This document shows positions 35,647-47,000 of a DNA stretch of 64,000 bases, one piece after another; position 1 is the stretch's first letter; the number at the start of each line of letters is the position of its first letter. The position numbers and the translations under genes are program-made. The notes under the pieces were generated by a model that made no database searches, had not been told where the DNA came from, and saw only the letters and a list, made by a program, of their open reading frames with translations. Source of the DNA: Oopsacas minuta (Eukaryota > Animalia > Porifera); NCBI GenBank assembly GCA_024704765.1, contig JAKMXF010000019.1, positions 27,517 through 91,516 on the forward strand, written 5' to 3'.

Positions 35647-38600
35647 ATGGATAAAATCGATTTATTTTTGGAGAAGGTACGTCTCACTGAGTATAGAGAG
35701 AGGTTTATACCTCAGGTCAGTGATGTGTTTGAGTTTAGAAAGTATTTAAAGGATCCAGAGTCTCTGAGACAGCTCGTAGGGCTGTCTAAGCTTGAGGTTA
35801 AGAGGTTTGTGAGACTATGTGAACCAACTCTTCAGGTTAGTGACATACAATAAGCTATCTTAACACATGTATGAACCATCTGGTATTTGTGTCTACTGCA
35901 TATGACGAATAGTAGTTTGTTAGAATGTTAACAAATTCATTCAATTAATATTAGTACTGTTGTTTGTAGGAAATGAATGTACAAACTATTTCAACTGATC
36001 CTCCTCCCCCTATCACACCTGATACTCATGTTACTACAAACACCTCAGAGGTGTTATATCTAAACATTAAACTCTTGGATCTAGAAGGTGTCATCCTTGA
36101 TAAGAGGTTCCCTATACAGGTTAACAAATCAATTCTCTATTATCAGCTGGTTGATAGTATTCATAAGGTGTTAAAGAATGAAACTAATAAAATTAGCTTT
36201 AGAAGTATTGAAATATATTCTAAGACAGGTTACCCTCTTGCTAACAGTCCAATGGTGTTTGTGAGACCAATTTCTGAGTGGTTCCTGCAACAAAATGAAT
36301 TATTGTATGTTTACCAAAAGGTGTTAAGTCATAAATATGAGTTTGTGAGTGATGTAGATGCTAAGGGGACTGTAGTGACCATCCAGCTAAGAAATAGTAC
36401 TTCTAAATTCTCATTCAAATTCTATCAGGAATTCGTATTTGTTTGTGATTTGAAGACAGCTCTGTCGCTTGAATTACACATTCCTTATGATTCATTGACA
36501 ATCTGGGGGCTCAATGAATACACAAATATCGAAGAGGAGGTAGTCGAGAATGAAGAAGTAAAACTGAGCACTATTCCCCAACGTAAACTACAATTCTCTA
36601 TAGCGAGTGAATATAACGGAACTGAATTTCTAGATAGTTTTAATACTAAACTTTACTCATCTTGTACTTCTAATTACCTCGCTCACTTCAACATATTCAA
36701 TTCACGTCTGTTGTATCTGGTGAAGGAGCATGTGCATACAGGGGATAGAGATAGGTTGAAACAGAGATTAGGACTTATTAGAAAGATCTCATGTTCTCCT
36801 CCTTTAGTCTATGCTCTCTTTCTGTTATTCTCTGAATCAGCTGTAACTCTACCTCATAGAGTAGCCATTAATGAAGGGATAATAACTACAGTATCCTTAC
36901 TGGATAGTAAAGTGGATCAATCTCCTATCTCACATTTCCCAGAGCTTTGGTTACATATTGAAGAACATGTAGAGGCTAACCACGCTATCTCTGAGAATTA
37001 TGAGACTACTTTCATTTCCAAACGGACTAGAGAGAGTCCTAAGGACGATGAGATGCGTCGACTTATCGGGGCCTTCCCTCCCAACCAAGAGACTGTAATT
37101 ACATGGAGAGACATCTCCACAGTCCATGAGGCTTATAGCTACATTCCTAAGACACAGTTACACCATTTCTCATCTGAAGTTTTATCAAGATTCCCGTTAC
37201 ATCATCCTATGGAGTTATACAGGAAATATATTGAAGAGAAGGTCCCTTATGGATTAATGTTACCTCTAATTAATGGGTTAAGTAATCCCTGTGTGTTCCT
37301 AGGAAGGACTAATGGTAAATACGGATACTTTGATTATTTCTCTCCAGAAGATGGTATCTGTCATTCCTACAATCCTTATGATATTACGATAGCCAAAAAA
37401 TTAGAGATTTCTAACACTAAGCAACACCCTAAGATTATAATTATCCTGGATATTAGTGCTGATATGAATTTATTCTTTGAAGAATACACACAGCCTAAAC
37501 ACGGTGAACCTAATCTTGTCTTATCACAAGTTGATGCTGCTCTATTCCTTATAGAGATGCTTGTCAACCGTCTTATAGGATTGGAATGCAAGTATTTACT
37601 AGGTGCTATGGTCATGTCTAATGATTACGAGTTCCCCAATGGGATCTTCGAGTTACACAAACCAACCTTTGAGTATGTTTCTGTTTTGAATAAACTGAAA
37701 GAAGCTGTTAATAAATACAAACCAAATCCAATTCCAATAAGAAGGCTCCCTAATGGCATAATAATGAATGCATTGGAATTCTGTATTGACAACTATTATA
37801 GTCCCAGTAAACACCTCCAAACTAAGATATATCTATTTACAAATGCTGCTACTAACAATAAGTATTATGGAGCGAAGACTAACTCATTTGAACGAAAATT
37901 ACAAAAATCTTATTGTATGCTAAGCAGCATAGTTATGTCACGCGATTTCGCACACAATCTGGCAAGACTTTCCAAATTATCTAATGGCCTCCTTTTAAAC
38001 TTTCCTACCTTAACTAAACATATTTCAACAACAGGTACAGGGAGTATTACAACTCATCTATGTTTGGAGTATGGTTCATATATCGAGGATAGATTATTAC
38101 CTATGACAGAGATACAGGACTCTACATACAATAAACTTTCAATTCAACTCTCTAACAAGCTAATAACAACAGAAGAATTTTTCGAAACTTCACAACAACA
38201 AAGACAGGAATATGAAGAAATGTTCCATCACGGTAATTTGTATAGCTTACACATTCTACGTAGAGTGAGTGCATACGCCAGGAGTCCTAATCCTTATTGT
38301 AAAATATACACAAAACACGACAATATATTAAATTGGTTTATATTCATACAAGGACCTAGTAACACCCCTATGAGAACAGTGTTCTTATTTTAGAAATGGT
38401 TTTTGGAGAGAGATTTCCACTTTTCCCGCCTAAACTGAGATTTCTAACTATTCTCTATCATCCAAATGTGACCACTTCTGGTCTTGTGTGTCATCCAATC
38501 ATATTTGAGGATTACACTACTGACGTCACATTACGTCAAATAATTGACAGCATTTATTCAATGCTAATTGAACCAATCAAAAGTCATTCTGTGAGAAGTA

Positions 38601-38983
38601 AGGTGTTAGAAATAGCTTTGATGTATAAACAGCTGTACAAACAAACAGTCAGTAATTTGTTGTTAATTACATGTCTGACTGACAGAAGTATTGCAACAAT
38701 TGAGGAAGATTTCCACGTCAAATCTAACTCTAAATCTGTAACACATCCTCCCGCGTTAATGTGTACCCTTACTACTCAGTTATTCGACACCCCAGTTATC
38801 ACTCCTGATGGTAACACCTATGAGAGACTAGCTATACTACAGCATATCAAGGACAAGGGTACAGATCCTATTACTAACACCGATCTGGACCCTCAAGATT
38901 TGCTACCTAATCCAGCTATAGCTAACGCTGTGCTTAAATATAAGCGGAAGATATTTGCACGTAGTTATTGGTGGGAAGATTAG
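35647..38983 (+). CDS. SAM-Ubl-Ubl-helical-vWA(degenerate)-UBC(E2)-U-box protein B; exons 35647-35835 and 35970-38983; 1-nt frameshift near 38368
   Basis: SAM-like IDLFLEKVRLTEYRERF; shares GYPLA and PPL..LFLLF..LPHRVAI.E with A; E2 QGPSNTP(Y)E..FPPKLRF..YHPNV..GLVC; U-box CTLTTQLFDTPVITPDGNTYERLAI. One added C in aacacccc restores the frame. Confidence 0.8.
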
Positions 38984-39480
38984 TGTTATGTATGTATGTA
39001 TCTGCTTTTGTATTTATTAACTATTTGGAGTTGTGATAAACAATATTATGTACTTAACAGCTGTGTTGATGGTATGTCCCACTTTTTTCTTCACTCAAGT
39101 TGGCAAGTACACAATTCAATCAACTCTCACTACACGAAAATATACAAATACCCGCTTATATCGTAGTGTAAAATTGGGCCAATATGGTTCCTTGAGCTTA
39201 GATATAACAGGAGTTAACTGTATAAACTATTCGTGTAATCACAAACAACATTCTATAGATTTACTAATTACAATTCAGATAATATCAAGAGAGGATTCAA
39301 CAAATTCCACTTAATGAGCTGTTATAGACAGTTTAAGCGCTAGAATGAGACAAAATACTACATATATGGAAATCTATAAGGCGAGGCAAAGTGGAAACGA
39401 AGTGTGAACTAAGCCAACTAGAATTCAAACAAATTGATATAACATGAAACAAAGTAAAAAAACAATAAATAAAGTTTAGA

Positions 39481-39712
39481 AGGAATAAATAATCTTTTTT
39501 GTATAATAAGGTGTCGGGTAGACACCAAGGCATAGAAGCCAACTTACCTGTAAGTTTTTTTATGAAGAATTTGTAGTTAAGTTTGTAAAGCAAATAATAA
39601 GTAACTAATCTACCACTTATATCTGATTCTGAGTATAATGTTATGGGTATATTATAATTATATATTAAGCTAGTTAGAAGACAACCATAATCATATTATA
39701 TTGAATATTCAA
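39481..39712. repeat. Dispersed ~230-bp repeat with an inverted partner at ~54477-54710
   Basis: Reverse-complement match visible over the whole length (e.g. atctgattctgagtataatg / cattatactcagaatcagat); contains a ggtgtc..gacacc hairpin. Confidence 0.85.
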
Positions 39713-40333
39713 TGCATTGAATTTGCTTATTTCTGTCATTCAATATTACATATGCTACAAAATAGGGAATTTGGCACATAATGGCAGTGTGGCACTATTG
39801 TCTGACTAGCCATAATATGTTGTGTCAAATCGGGAATTACCCCATAATTTTATCCTGGCCATGGTCGCCCCGGCCCTGGGTATCCAATCCTAAGAGTCCC
39901 TGCCAGGTGATCTATTTTTACGTCGTAAATCATAGCCCGATTAGGAGGATTGCAACCTGGTCATATGGTCAGATAGGTGTTATGTAGCTAGAGGGGTAGC
40001 TATGGCCGCACGATGGTGCGGCACATGTGGAATGTTCTCTACTCTGGCTACTTCTCTATGTAGCACTCAAAAATTCATCATAACTTGCACCTGTAGCCTT
40101 TTTCACCAGTTGATCCCCTATATTAACTTTCGCACATTCCGTGTACCCCTCCCATGAGACCCTGTGGACCTGTATTCGTCCGTAGGCCTATGATAATCCC
40201 ATAAACTACTTCATGGGCTAATTCAGGTAGTTGTGAACCATTCTCCTGTCTCCCTAATTGGTCCTTCCCTCCTTGAATTTACAAATTTTGTTTCCTGAAT
40301 TTGATAATAAAAATTATTGTTGCGAACAGTCAT

Positions 40334-40729
40334 ATGGACCTAGAGACTTGTCTAGCTAACATATTCAATCTCATAGAGGGTTTAGAGTCGATAACGATAT
40401 ACGATACACAATCTTACGAACTACTCACTCAAAAATCTCCCACAAGCAAAAACCAATCCCTTCCCCCTCCTAAGACCTCTCTAGCTGAGGTGTTCATAAG
40501 ACAGTGCCAACATGCCCAACTACTCATGAGCAATGAACAACAGGCCGCTCCGCCCCGCTTAGAAACACTTGTCACCTATTTCAAAACTCGTCAGGTTTTA
40601 CAGTTGAGTTTCCAATTTGATAACGAATATCTTGTCTTCAATGTCGTTGCTAAGATAACAGCTAAGACCGCAATTATTATTGATTTATTTAGAAAGGATA
40701 TCATTCCTAAAATACAGAATGCTATTTGA
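40334..40729 (+). CDS. LAMTOR3: Ragulator subunit LAMTOR3 (MP1)-like roadblock protein
   Basis: IEGLESITIYD and LVTYFKTRQVLQ..LVFNVVAKITAKTAIIIDL resemble human VEGLHAIVVSD and IICYYNTYQVVQ..LVVSFIASSSANTGLIVSL as recalled; size fits. Confidence 0.7.
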   Translation: MDLETCLANIFNLIEGLESITIYDTQSYELLTQKSPTSKNQSLPPPKTSLAEVFIRQCQHAQLLMSNEQQAAPPRLETLVTYFKTRQVLQLSFQFDNEYLVFNVVAKITAKTAIIIDLFRKDIIPKIQNAI

Positions 40730-41278
40730 TTGTTTGTTTGTGTTTGTTGATATTATAAACAGGGGTAAATACAATTGACACATATTGGGGGGAATTCATG
40801 TTCCCTGTTTTCTGGACCATTGGACTCGTGTACCCATTCCTTATACCTCTTACATGGGTGTAATCAGTGATTTATACAAGAATTTCTGGGTCGGCGCTCT
40901 TTCTTGCAGGTCCTCTCTTGGGAGGGTAACATATCGATCCTGTATTGAGTCTCACGGTTGGCACATTGTGTCCTTTTGGGTACTGAACTGGCTCGTAGAC
41001 AACCTCTGGGTGTAACTGTGTTGGAACAAGGGAGTACATATCACTAAAGAACCGGGATGATTTTTATTACAGCTGATTTCTACAAATTTCCAGATGTTAA
41101 GACTCAATGTATATGTCCCCTTGTTTGTATGAGTTCATGGTTGAGGAACCTCACGGGTCCGCTCGAATAAGGGGAACATGTTTATAACGGCCACTATTTA
41201 GGTGTTAGTTCCAGATAGATTATATTAATTAAGTCAGCTGTTATATTCGTTATTAGATAATCTAATTAGCTATTAATT

Positions 41279-44200
41279 ATGCCTACAAACTCTAAGAAAG
41301 TGTTATATTTGGGGAATTGTGTTGAGGACCTCCATAAGCTAGGAGAAGTCGATATCCCCCGGGATTCCGACCCTGAGAAACACCTGAAAGTGGCAGAGAA
41401 GGCTTTCAGTAAAGCAGAAGAGCTCTGGATAGAAGGAGACGAGGAGAAATCATTCGTCCTGTTTATGCGATATATTAACTCAGTTGAAAAATGTAAAAAA
41501 ACATATAATTACTCAAAATCACCTTCCAAGTTTAATCAGCTGATATCAATAGAGAAGTTTATGACATCAATTGACAGGTGTGAAGGTCTAAAGGTTCAGT
41601 TACAGAAGAGATATAAGGAAAAGAAATCATCTCAAGAGAACCTGTCCAAACCGGCTCTAACACCGAAACCAGCTGAGGTCCAAGAGGAGGTGAAGGGTCC
41701 ATTTGTTACCCCGAGTGATGCCTACTCGCTTCTATCAGCTAAGCCCCCTCTAGCTGTTGTTATTGATTGCAGAAGTGTCAAAGACCGGAACCAAGGGATT
41801 ATTATCAAGCTACCAGTCATATTCCTTCCAACTGATAAGCCTTTATTATCTACTTCCCTATCTTATATCAAACTGGAATTATCACGTATCAATATGAAAC
41901 TAAACAGTGTCCTGTTGGTCCTGATGGATGCAGACTCACAGGAACTAACAGCTGGTGTTGATAAACCAGTACTAGAACTAAGAGACACTTTATATAAATT
42001 CGATACAAATAATGAACTTAAGGAGGCACCAAGGATATTAGATGGAGGATATGAATCTTGGAAATTACATTATCCAATGTTTTCAGATGGTTCCAGTTCC
42101 AAATTGGTTGATATATCTACACCAAATGATGAGGTAATATTTCCTACGATTGATTCGCCAACTCGTAAACAGTGTGAAAATATTTTCACACCAGAAGTGT
42201 CAACAAATGGTGATAATTCTATTGATGAATTAGCCAATGAAATTAGAGACTCTTTGTTACCTACTCAAAATGTTGTTGAATCAGATTTAGTTCCAGTTAA
42301 TGACACCTCACCTCCTACTATCCCACCTAAACCATCTCACCTATCAGCCAATAAGATTCCTCCTTCTACAGTTCAGAATATTTTAGCTCCAGAACCAATT
42401 TCATCTATAGTTCCAGAACCAAATTCATCTATAGTTCCAGATGTAACCAATCACATCCCTCCCTCACTAGATATCCCTAATCCCCGGGTATCAATTGGTC
42501 CCATTCCTAGTCCGCCTTCATATGAGACAGCTGTCTCTCTACCCCGTGCTTCCGTGCCTCCTGTCCCCCTACCTCCTCCAATATCACGTCCTCCTGATCC
42601 CATACTAGCTCCTATTCCTGTCATACCAGAACCAACAGTAAGAATTCCTCCAGAAAATCAGCTGACTCAAGAATCAGCTATTACTCCACAACAGCTGGAA
42701 GCTAATAAGGTGTCAGAACAGATGGAGATAGAACTCCAGGAGAAGGAGATGAGACTCAGGGCCCTGGAGTCTGAACTAGCCAGGAAGGACCTATTGGAGG
42801 AGAAGGTACGAGTCCTTGAGCAGCAGTCTGGGGCTGAAGCAAGAGACATCGAGTTACAGAAACGCCGAATGTTAGAGGAGATCGCTAACGAGAAACAGAG
42901 AGCTGATCAAGAGCTAATAGCTAAACAACATCAACTAATAGCTCTGGAACAACAAACAAAACAACAACTGAGACAGGAAATGGAGAGCATAAATATAGAA
43001 AAGGGGAACATCCTACAGGAGAAGACAAAACTGGACATGGAGAAGAGACAGGTCGCAGAGGGTAAAATGCAATTGGAAAGAGAAAAATTCGAATTTGAGA
43101 GAGTGAAGCGATTAGTTTTAGAACAACAAAAGCAGGCACAACAATCACAAGCATCTAATCCCTCTCACCACTTCACACCTGAGCAGACTACCGTTCCTCA
43201 GATGCAATTAAATCACGGACTCCCCGTCGGCTGGAGGAAACTATTCGACTCTCCGACCGGACGGTTCTACTATCAAGACGACACAACTAAAACGACACAT
43301 TGGAACCCTCCAACCTCTTGGATTGTGTCACAACAGCCCAATATTATGCAGGGAAAGACCAAAGGAGCTTTATTGAGCTCTTTCAACCAGAACGACACAA
43401 TTAAACACACACCCGCATCAGGTCAAACCCCCGTATTTGATAGGTCAACTAAACCAACACCTAAGACACCGGAAATACCATCACGTGCTACAAAAAACCC
43501 CGCACTTTCAAATCCTTACTACCCACAAATCCTCGCTCGCATCCAATCGAAATCAAAATCTCGAGCCTTCGATCCTTCCTATGGGGGCATGGGACAAGCA
43601 CTCACGGGTCTTAAGAACCTGGGTAACACTTGTTTCATGAATTCTATAATTCAGTGTCTGTCTGCCGCATATCCACTAGCGGAATACTTCATATCTCTGA
43701 GGTTTATTCAACATGTCAATCCTGTCAACCCCCTTGGAATGGGAGGCGAGATAGCAGAGGAGTTCGCCTTCCTTGTTCAAGCGCTATGGAGGGGTAACTA
43801 TAAGAGTATCGCCCCCAAGGACTTTAAGAGGGTGCTGTCTAAGTTCGCCCCCCAATTTTCTGGTACACAACAACACGATTCTCAGGAATTCCTTGCATTT
43901 CTATTGGATGGATTACATGAGGATTTAAATAAGGTGTTAAGAAAAGAGTATATATTGGAACAGGACAATCAAGGGGTGCCAGATGTAAAGGCCTCCCAGA
44001 TTTCCTGGGAGAACCATCTCAAACGAAACGATTCCATAATTGTCGACCTCTTCCAAGGACAGTTTAGATCCACTTTAACTTGTCTAAAATGTGGATTTTC
44101 TTCGGTAACTTTCGAGGCATTCATGTACTTATCTGTCCCAATCCCTGGTTCAGCTAATGTAACGCTAATAGATTGTGTGAAACAATTCACAAAGGTGGAA

Positions 44201-44626
44201 AAGGTGTCAGGTAGTAACAGCTGGTTTTGCGCGCGTTGTAAAACACACAGGGAGTCAGCTAAACAGCTGGAGATATGGCGCCTACCTCCTGTCCTTCTTA
44301 TACACCTCAAAAGATTCTCATACGTCGGAAAATGGAAACAGAAATTGGACACAAACGTTAATTTCCCCCTATCCGGTTTGAATTTAGCACCCATGACACT
44401 TGGACCTCTTAAACCCACAGAATACCAACTATTCGCCGTATCAAACCATTCAGGGAACCTTGAAGGGGGACACTATACCGCGTACGTGCGTCATGCGTCG
44501 AACAAGAAGTTTTATACCTTTGACGACAGTGTAGTGCGAGATATGTCCACCTCCAGTGTCCTGACAAAGAACGGATATATGTTATTCTACACCTCAGTAG
44601 ATTTCACACCTAAGTTGAAATTGTGA
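41279..44626 (+). CDS. USP8: Ubiquitin carboxyl-terminal hydrolase 8 (MIT, rhodanese, Pro-rich, coiled coil, WW, USP), intronless
   Basis: GDEEKSFVLFMRY (MIT); VIDCRS..ILDGGYESW (rhodanese); GLKNLGNTCFMNS (Cys box), QHDSQEFL, NHSG..GGHYTAY (His box). Confidence 0.95.
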   Translation: MPTNSKKVLYLGNCVEDLHKLGEVDIPRDSDPEKHLKVAEKAFSKAEELWIEGDEEKSFVLFMRYINSVEKCKKTYNYSKSPSKFNQLISIEKFMTSIDRCEGLKVQLQKRYKEKKSSQENLSKPALTPKPAEVQEEVKGPFVTPSDAYSLLSAKPPLAVVIDCRSVKDRNQGIIIKLPVIFLPTDKPLLSTSLSYIKLELSRINMKLNSVLLVLMDADSQELTAGVDKPVLELRDTLYKFDTNNELKEAPRILDGGYESWKLHYPMFSDGSSSKLVDISTPNDEVIFPTIDSPTRKQCENIFTPEVSTNGDNSIDELANEIRDSLLPTQNVVESDLVPVNDTSPPTIPPKPSHLSANKIPPSTVQNILAPEPISSIVPEPNSSIVPDVTNHIPPSLDIPNPRVSIGPIPSPPSYETAVSLPRASVPPVPLPPPISRPPDPILAPIPVIPEPTVRIPPENQLTQESAITPQQLEANKVSEQMEIELQEKEMRLRALESELARKDLLEEKVRVLEQQSGAEARDIELQKRRMLEEIANEKQRADQELIAKQHQLIALEQQTKQQLRQEMESINIEKGNILQEKTKLDMEKRQVAEGKMQLEREKFEFERVKRLVLEQQKQAQQSQASNPSHHFTPEQTTVPQMQLNHGLPVGWRKLFDSPTGRFYYQDDTTKTTHWNPPTSWIVSQQPNIMQGKTKGALLSSFNQNDTIKHTPASGQTPVFDRSTKPTPKTPEIPSRATKNPALSNPYYPQILARIQSKSKSRAFDPSYGGMGQALTGLKNLGNTCFMNSIIQCLSAAYPLAEYFISLRFIQHVNPVNPLGMGGEIAEEFAFLVQALWRGNYKSIAPKDFKRVLSKFAPQFSGTQQHDSQEFLAFLLDGLHEDLNKVLRKEYILEQDNQGVPDVKASQISWENHLKRNDSIIVDLFQGQFRSTLTCLKCGFSSVTFEAFMYLSVPIPGSANVTLIDCVKQFTKVEKVSGSNSWFCARCKTHRESAKQLEIWRLPPVLLIHLKRFSYVGKWKQKLDTNVNFPLSGLNLAPMTLGPLKPTEYQLFAVSNHSGNLEGGHYTAYVRHASNKKFYTFDDSVVRDMSTSSVLTKNGYMLFYTSVDFTPKLKL

Positions 44627-45028
44627 TCTGTAGCATTATCCATGGTGTATCTATTCATTTGCCATATCTGCATGTATTATTGAATTATTTGTTTGTTTGT
44701 TTGTTTATTACTAATTGTTTTGTTGTTGTTTTCATAATTAATTAGTGTCATTCATGATGAATTTGTTTATTTACTTATTTGTATTAATAATAGCTCCCCA
44801 GTGCGGACTGAAGGAAGGGATTTGTTATTTAACTTCACCCCAGGTGTTGATCTGATTATCCGGAGTAATGTATTTGTATACTTCTCTTTCTGGTGACCCG
44901 ATTAACCAGTGACCCGATTAACCAGTGACTCTATTAAGCAGAGTCTCTTGTATATTAACACATGTTTATGTATATATTGTGTGAGATATAAAATAAATAA
45001 CAAACTACAAACAAAGTTAAGAAATCTA

Positions 45029-46359
45029 TCATAATTTATCAAAGAATATTCTCACTGTTGTTAGCATATCTAATTTATTCAATAAACGTGCCCCCTCGTT
45101 TATCCAATACTCATCTCCTACTTTAAGCTGTGTATCCTTCTTAACAGATTTTATATTATACTTAATGTTATCAGATAAATTAACATAGTAGAGGTGTATG
45201 TATGTTATAGTTAATGAGTCTATGACGTCATCATTATCTCCCTTCAGTCTCGTTACACAATAATCAGCATCATACTTTGTGGACGTGTGCAGATATAACT
45301 GCCTTCCAACAAGATGTATTCTGAGTTTACATTGTCCCAGATAGAAGATTGGTCCATAAACTGCTCCACCTTTTCGATACGCGTGTGTCCATTCTAATTC
45401 CTTGTAGTGTCTTACCTCTATCTGCTATGTATTCAGTAATAAAAACGAGCTGTAGACATTAGAGACTGAATAGACTGTTCATGTGACTGAATAGACTGTT
45501 CATGTGACTGTATAAACTGTTCATGTGACTGTATAGACTGTTCATGTGACTGTAAATACAGATTGTTCGACCGTATAGACTGTTCACGTGACTGTAAAAA
45601 CAGACTGTTCGACTGTATAGACAGTTCATGTGACTGTATAGACTGTTCATGTCTCTCATTAGTAACTCTCAGCTGTTCATTATCAGCTCTCAGCTGTTTG
45701 TTCTCAGTTCTCAGCTGATTCAATTCATGTAGCAATAATTTCTGGTGACCAACCACATTCTGAGTTATATGTGTCTCTAAATTCTTTCTTGCTATTTCAA
45801 TTGTGTCACAACCCACTTCCATATAAGGACATGTAACAACCCCATCTGGATGGTGTTCACATAATCTAATGTGTTCGTTTGCTTGGTTTGCTCTTACATT
45901 CTCTTTACAGTACTCGCACTCTTGAATTCGGAAGGAACACTCTTTCTGGTGGTCTATTGTGTCACATTTTTGTAACACCTCCCCACATCCTATCTGACAT
46001 TTTATTTTCACTTTATCACAACCATTCATGTGTTCCTCAATATTGTGGAGCTTTCCTGACCAATCACAACCTCGTGTTGATAGAGGACATCTGCATTTCA
46101 GTTCCCTTACAAGCCCGTCTACTCTCCCATCAACTTCCCCGCCTCTGCCCTCTGTACAATTTCTACAGAATGTCTTGCTTTCTGTAATTTTAGTTTCTTT
46201 ACTGATTCCATCACATTTTGAGCAGATTATGAACTTCCTCATAGTCTCAGAGACCTGTTCCTTGAGTAGGTCTGTTCGATACCCTCCTGTCTCTCCCCTC
46301 ATATCCACGTAGATGAGAGTACTTATAGAGTCTGGTGTTACAGCTTCTCTCTCTGCCAT
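45029..46359 (-). pseudogene. Divergent TRAF-like gene (RING-like, zinc fingers, 21-nt heptad repeats) whose MATH-like C-terminus is cut off by a frameshift and an in-frame TAG
   Basis: GYRTDLL..IICSKC..FCRNC..CPLSTRGCDW parallels the array copies. After the stop at 45433, another frame reads FLLLNT-stop-QIEVRHYKELEW..GPIFYLGQCKL to a stop at 45029. Confidence 0.65.
45466..45655. repeat. Coding 21-bp tandem repeat encoding HEQSIQS heptads (about 9 copies)
   Basis: Repeating gactgtatagactgttcatgt on the plus strand. Confidence 0.9.
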
Positions 46360-47000
46360 GTACCCACTTGTTTACTTGTTTGTTAACACTATCACTTATC
46401 AGTTAGTTACAGTTTTGTTCTGTAATTCAATAGCTATTACATAGGAGATATATCTCAATAGTTATCAACGAATTCATGACTGCTTGTGAATATGAAACGC
46501 TCTGCAAGGTGTGAAACATGATTAAACATATGATAAACATGATCATGTGTATATTCCTAGCATACATCAGGTTAAATACCTTGAAATGTATTAAATTACA
46601 AATACAAATACAATTCCCCAAAACCGATGCTATAAATAGGATTTTCCTTCTAACATTCTACGGATGAAAAGGGTTGGCCCGCTATTCTGTATAATAATAT
46701 ACAACCATGAGGTGTAGATATGTTACCATATATCTAACTGCCACTTCATAAAAGTTACTAGCATGTGGCGCAATTACTCAGCTGTTTAGATGAGTATGCG
46801 TTACACATGCTATAAACAGAAGACCAGACAAAAGTAGACCAATTGGTCCACTTTTCAAAGTCTCTCATATATTTAACGAGTACCTATTGTACCCATGGGA
46901 ACATGGGTAACATTAATAATAATTACCTACGTCAATGCTAGACATTACTAAATAATTCCCTACCAAACTAATGCGAATTCTATTCAACTAATCATTCAAC

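Noticed and set aside
39780-40300. GC-richer segment upstream of LAMTOR3, and 40760-41200
   Set aside because: Only short ORFs with no motif or terminal repeats that I could identify.
43969-44418. Antisense ORFs within USP8 and the CDK (also 49105-50198)
   Set aside because: Opposite-strand or alternate-frame shadows of conserved coding sequence, with no recognisable motifs.
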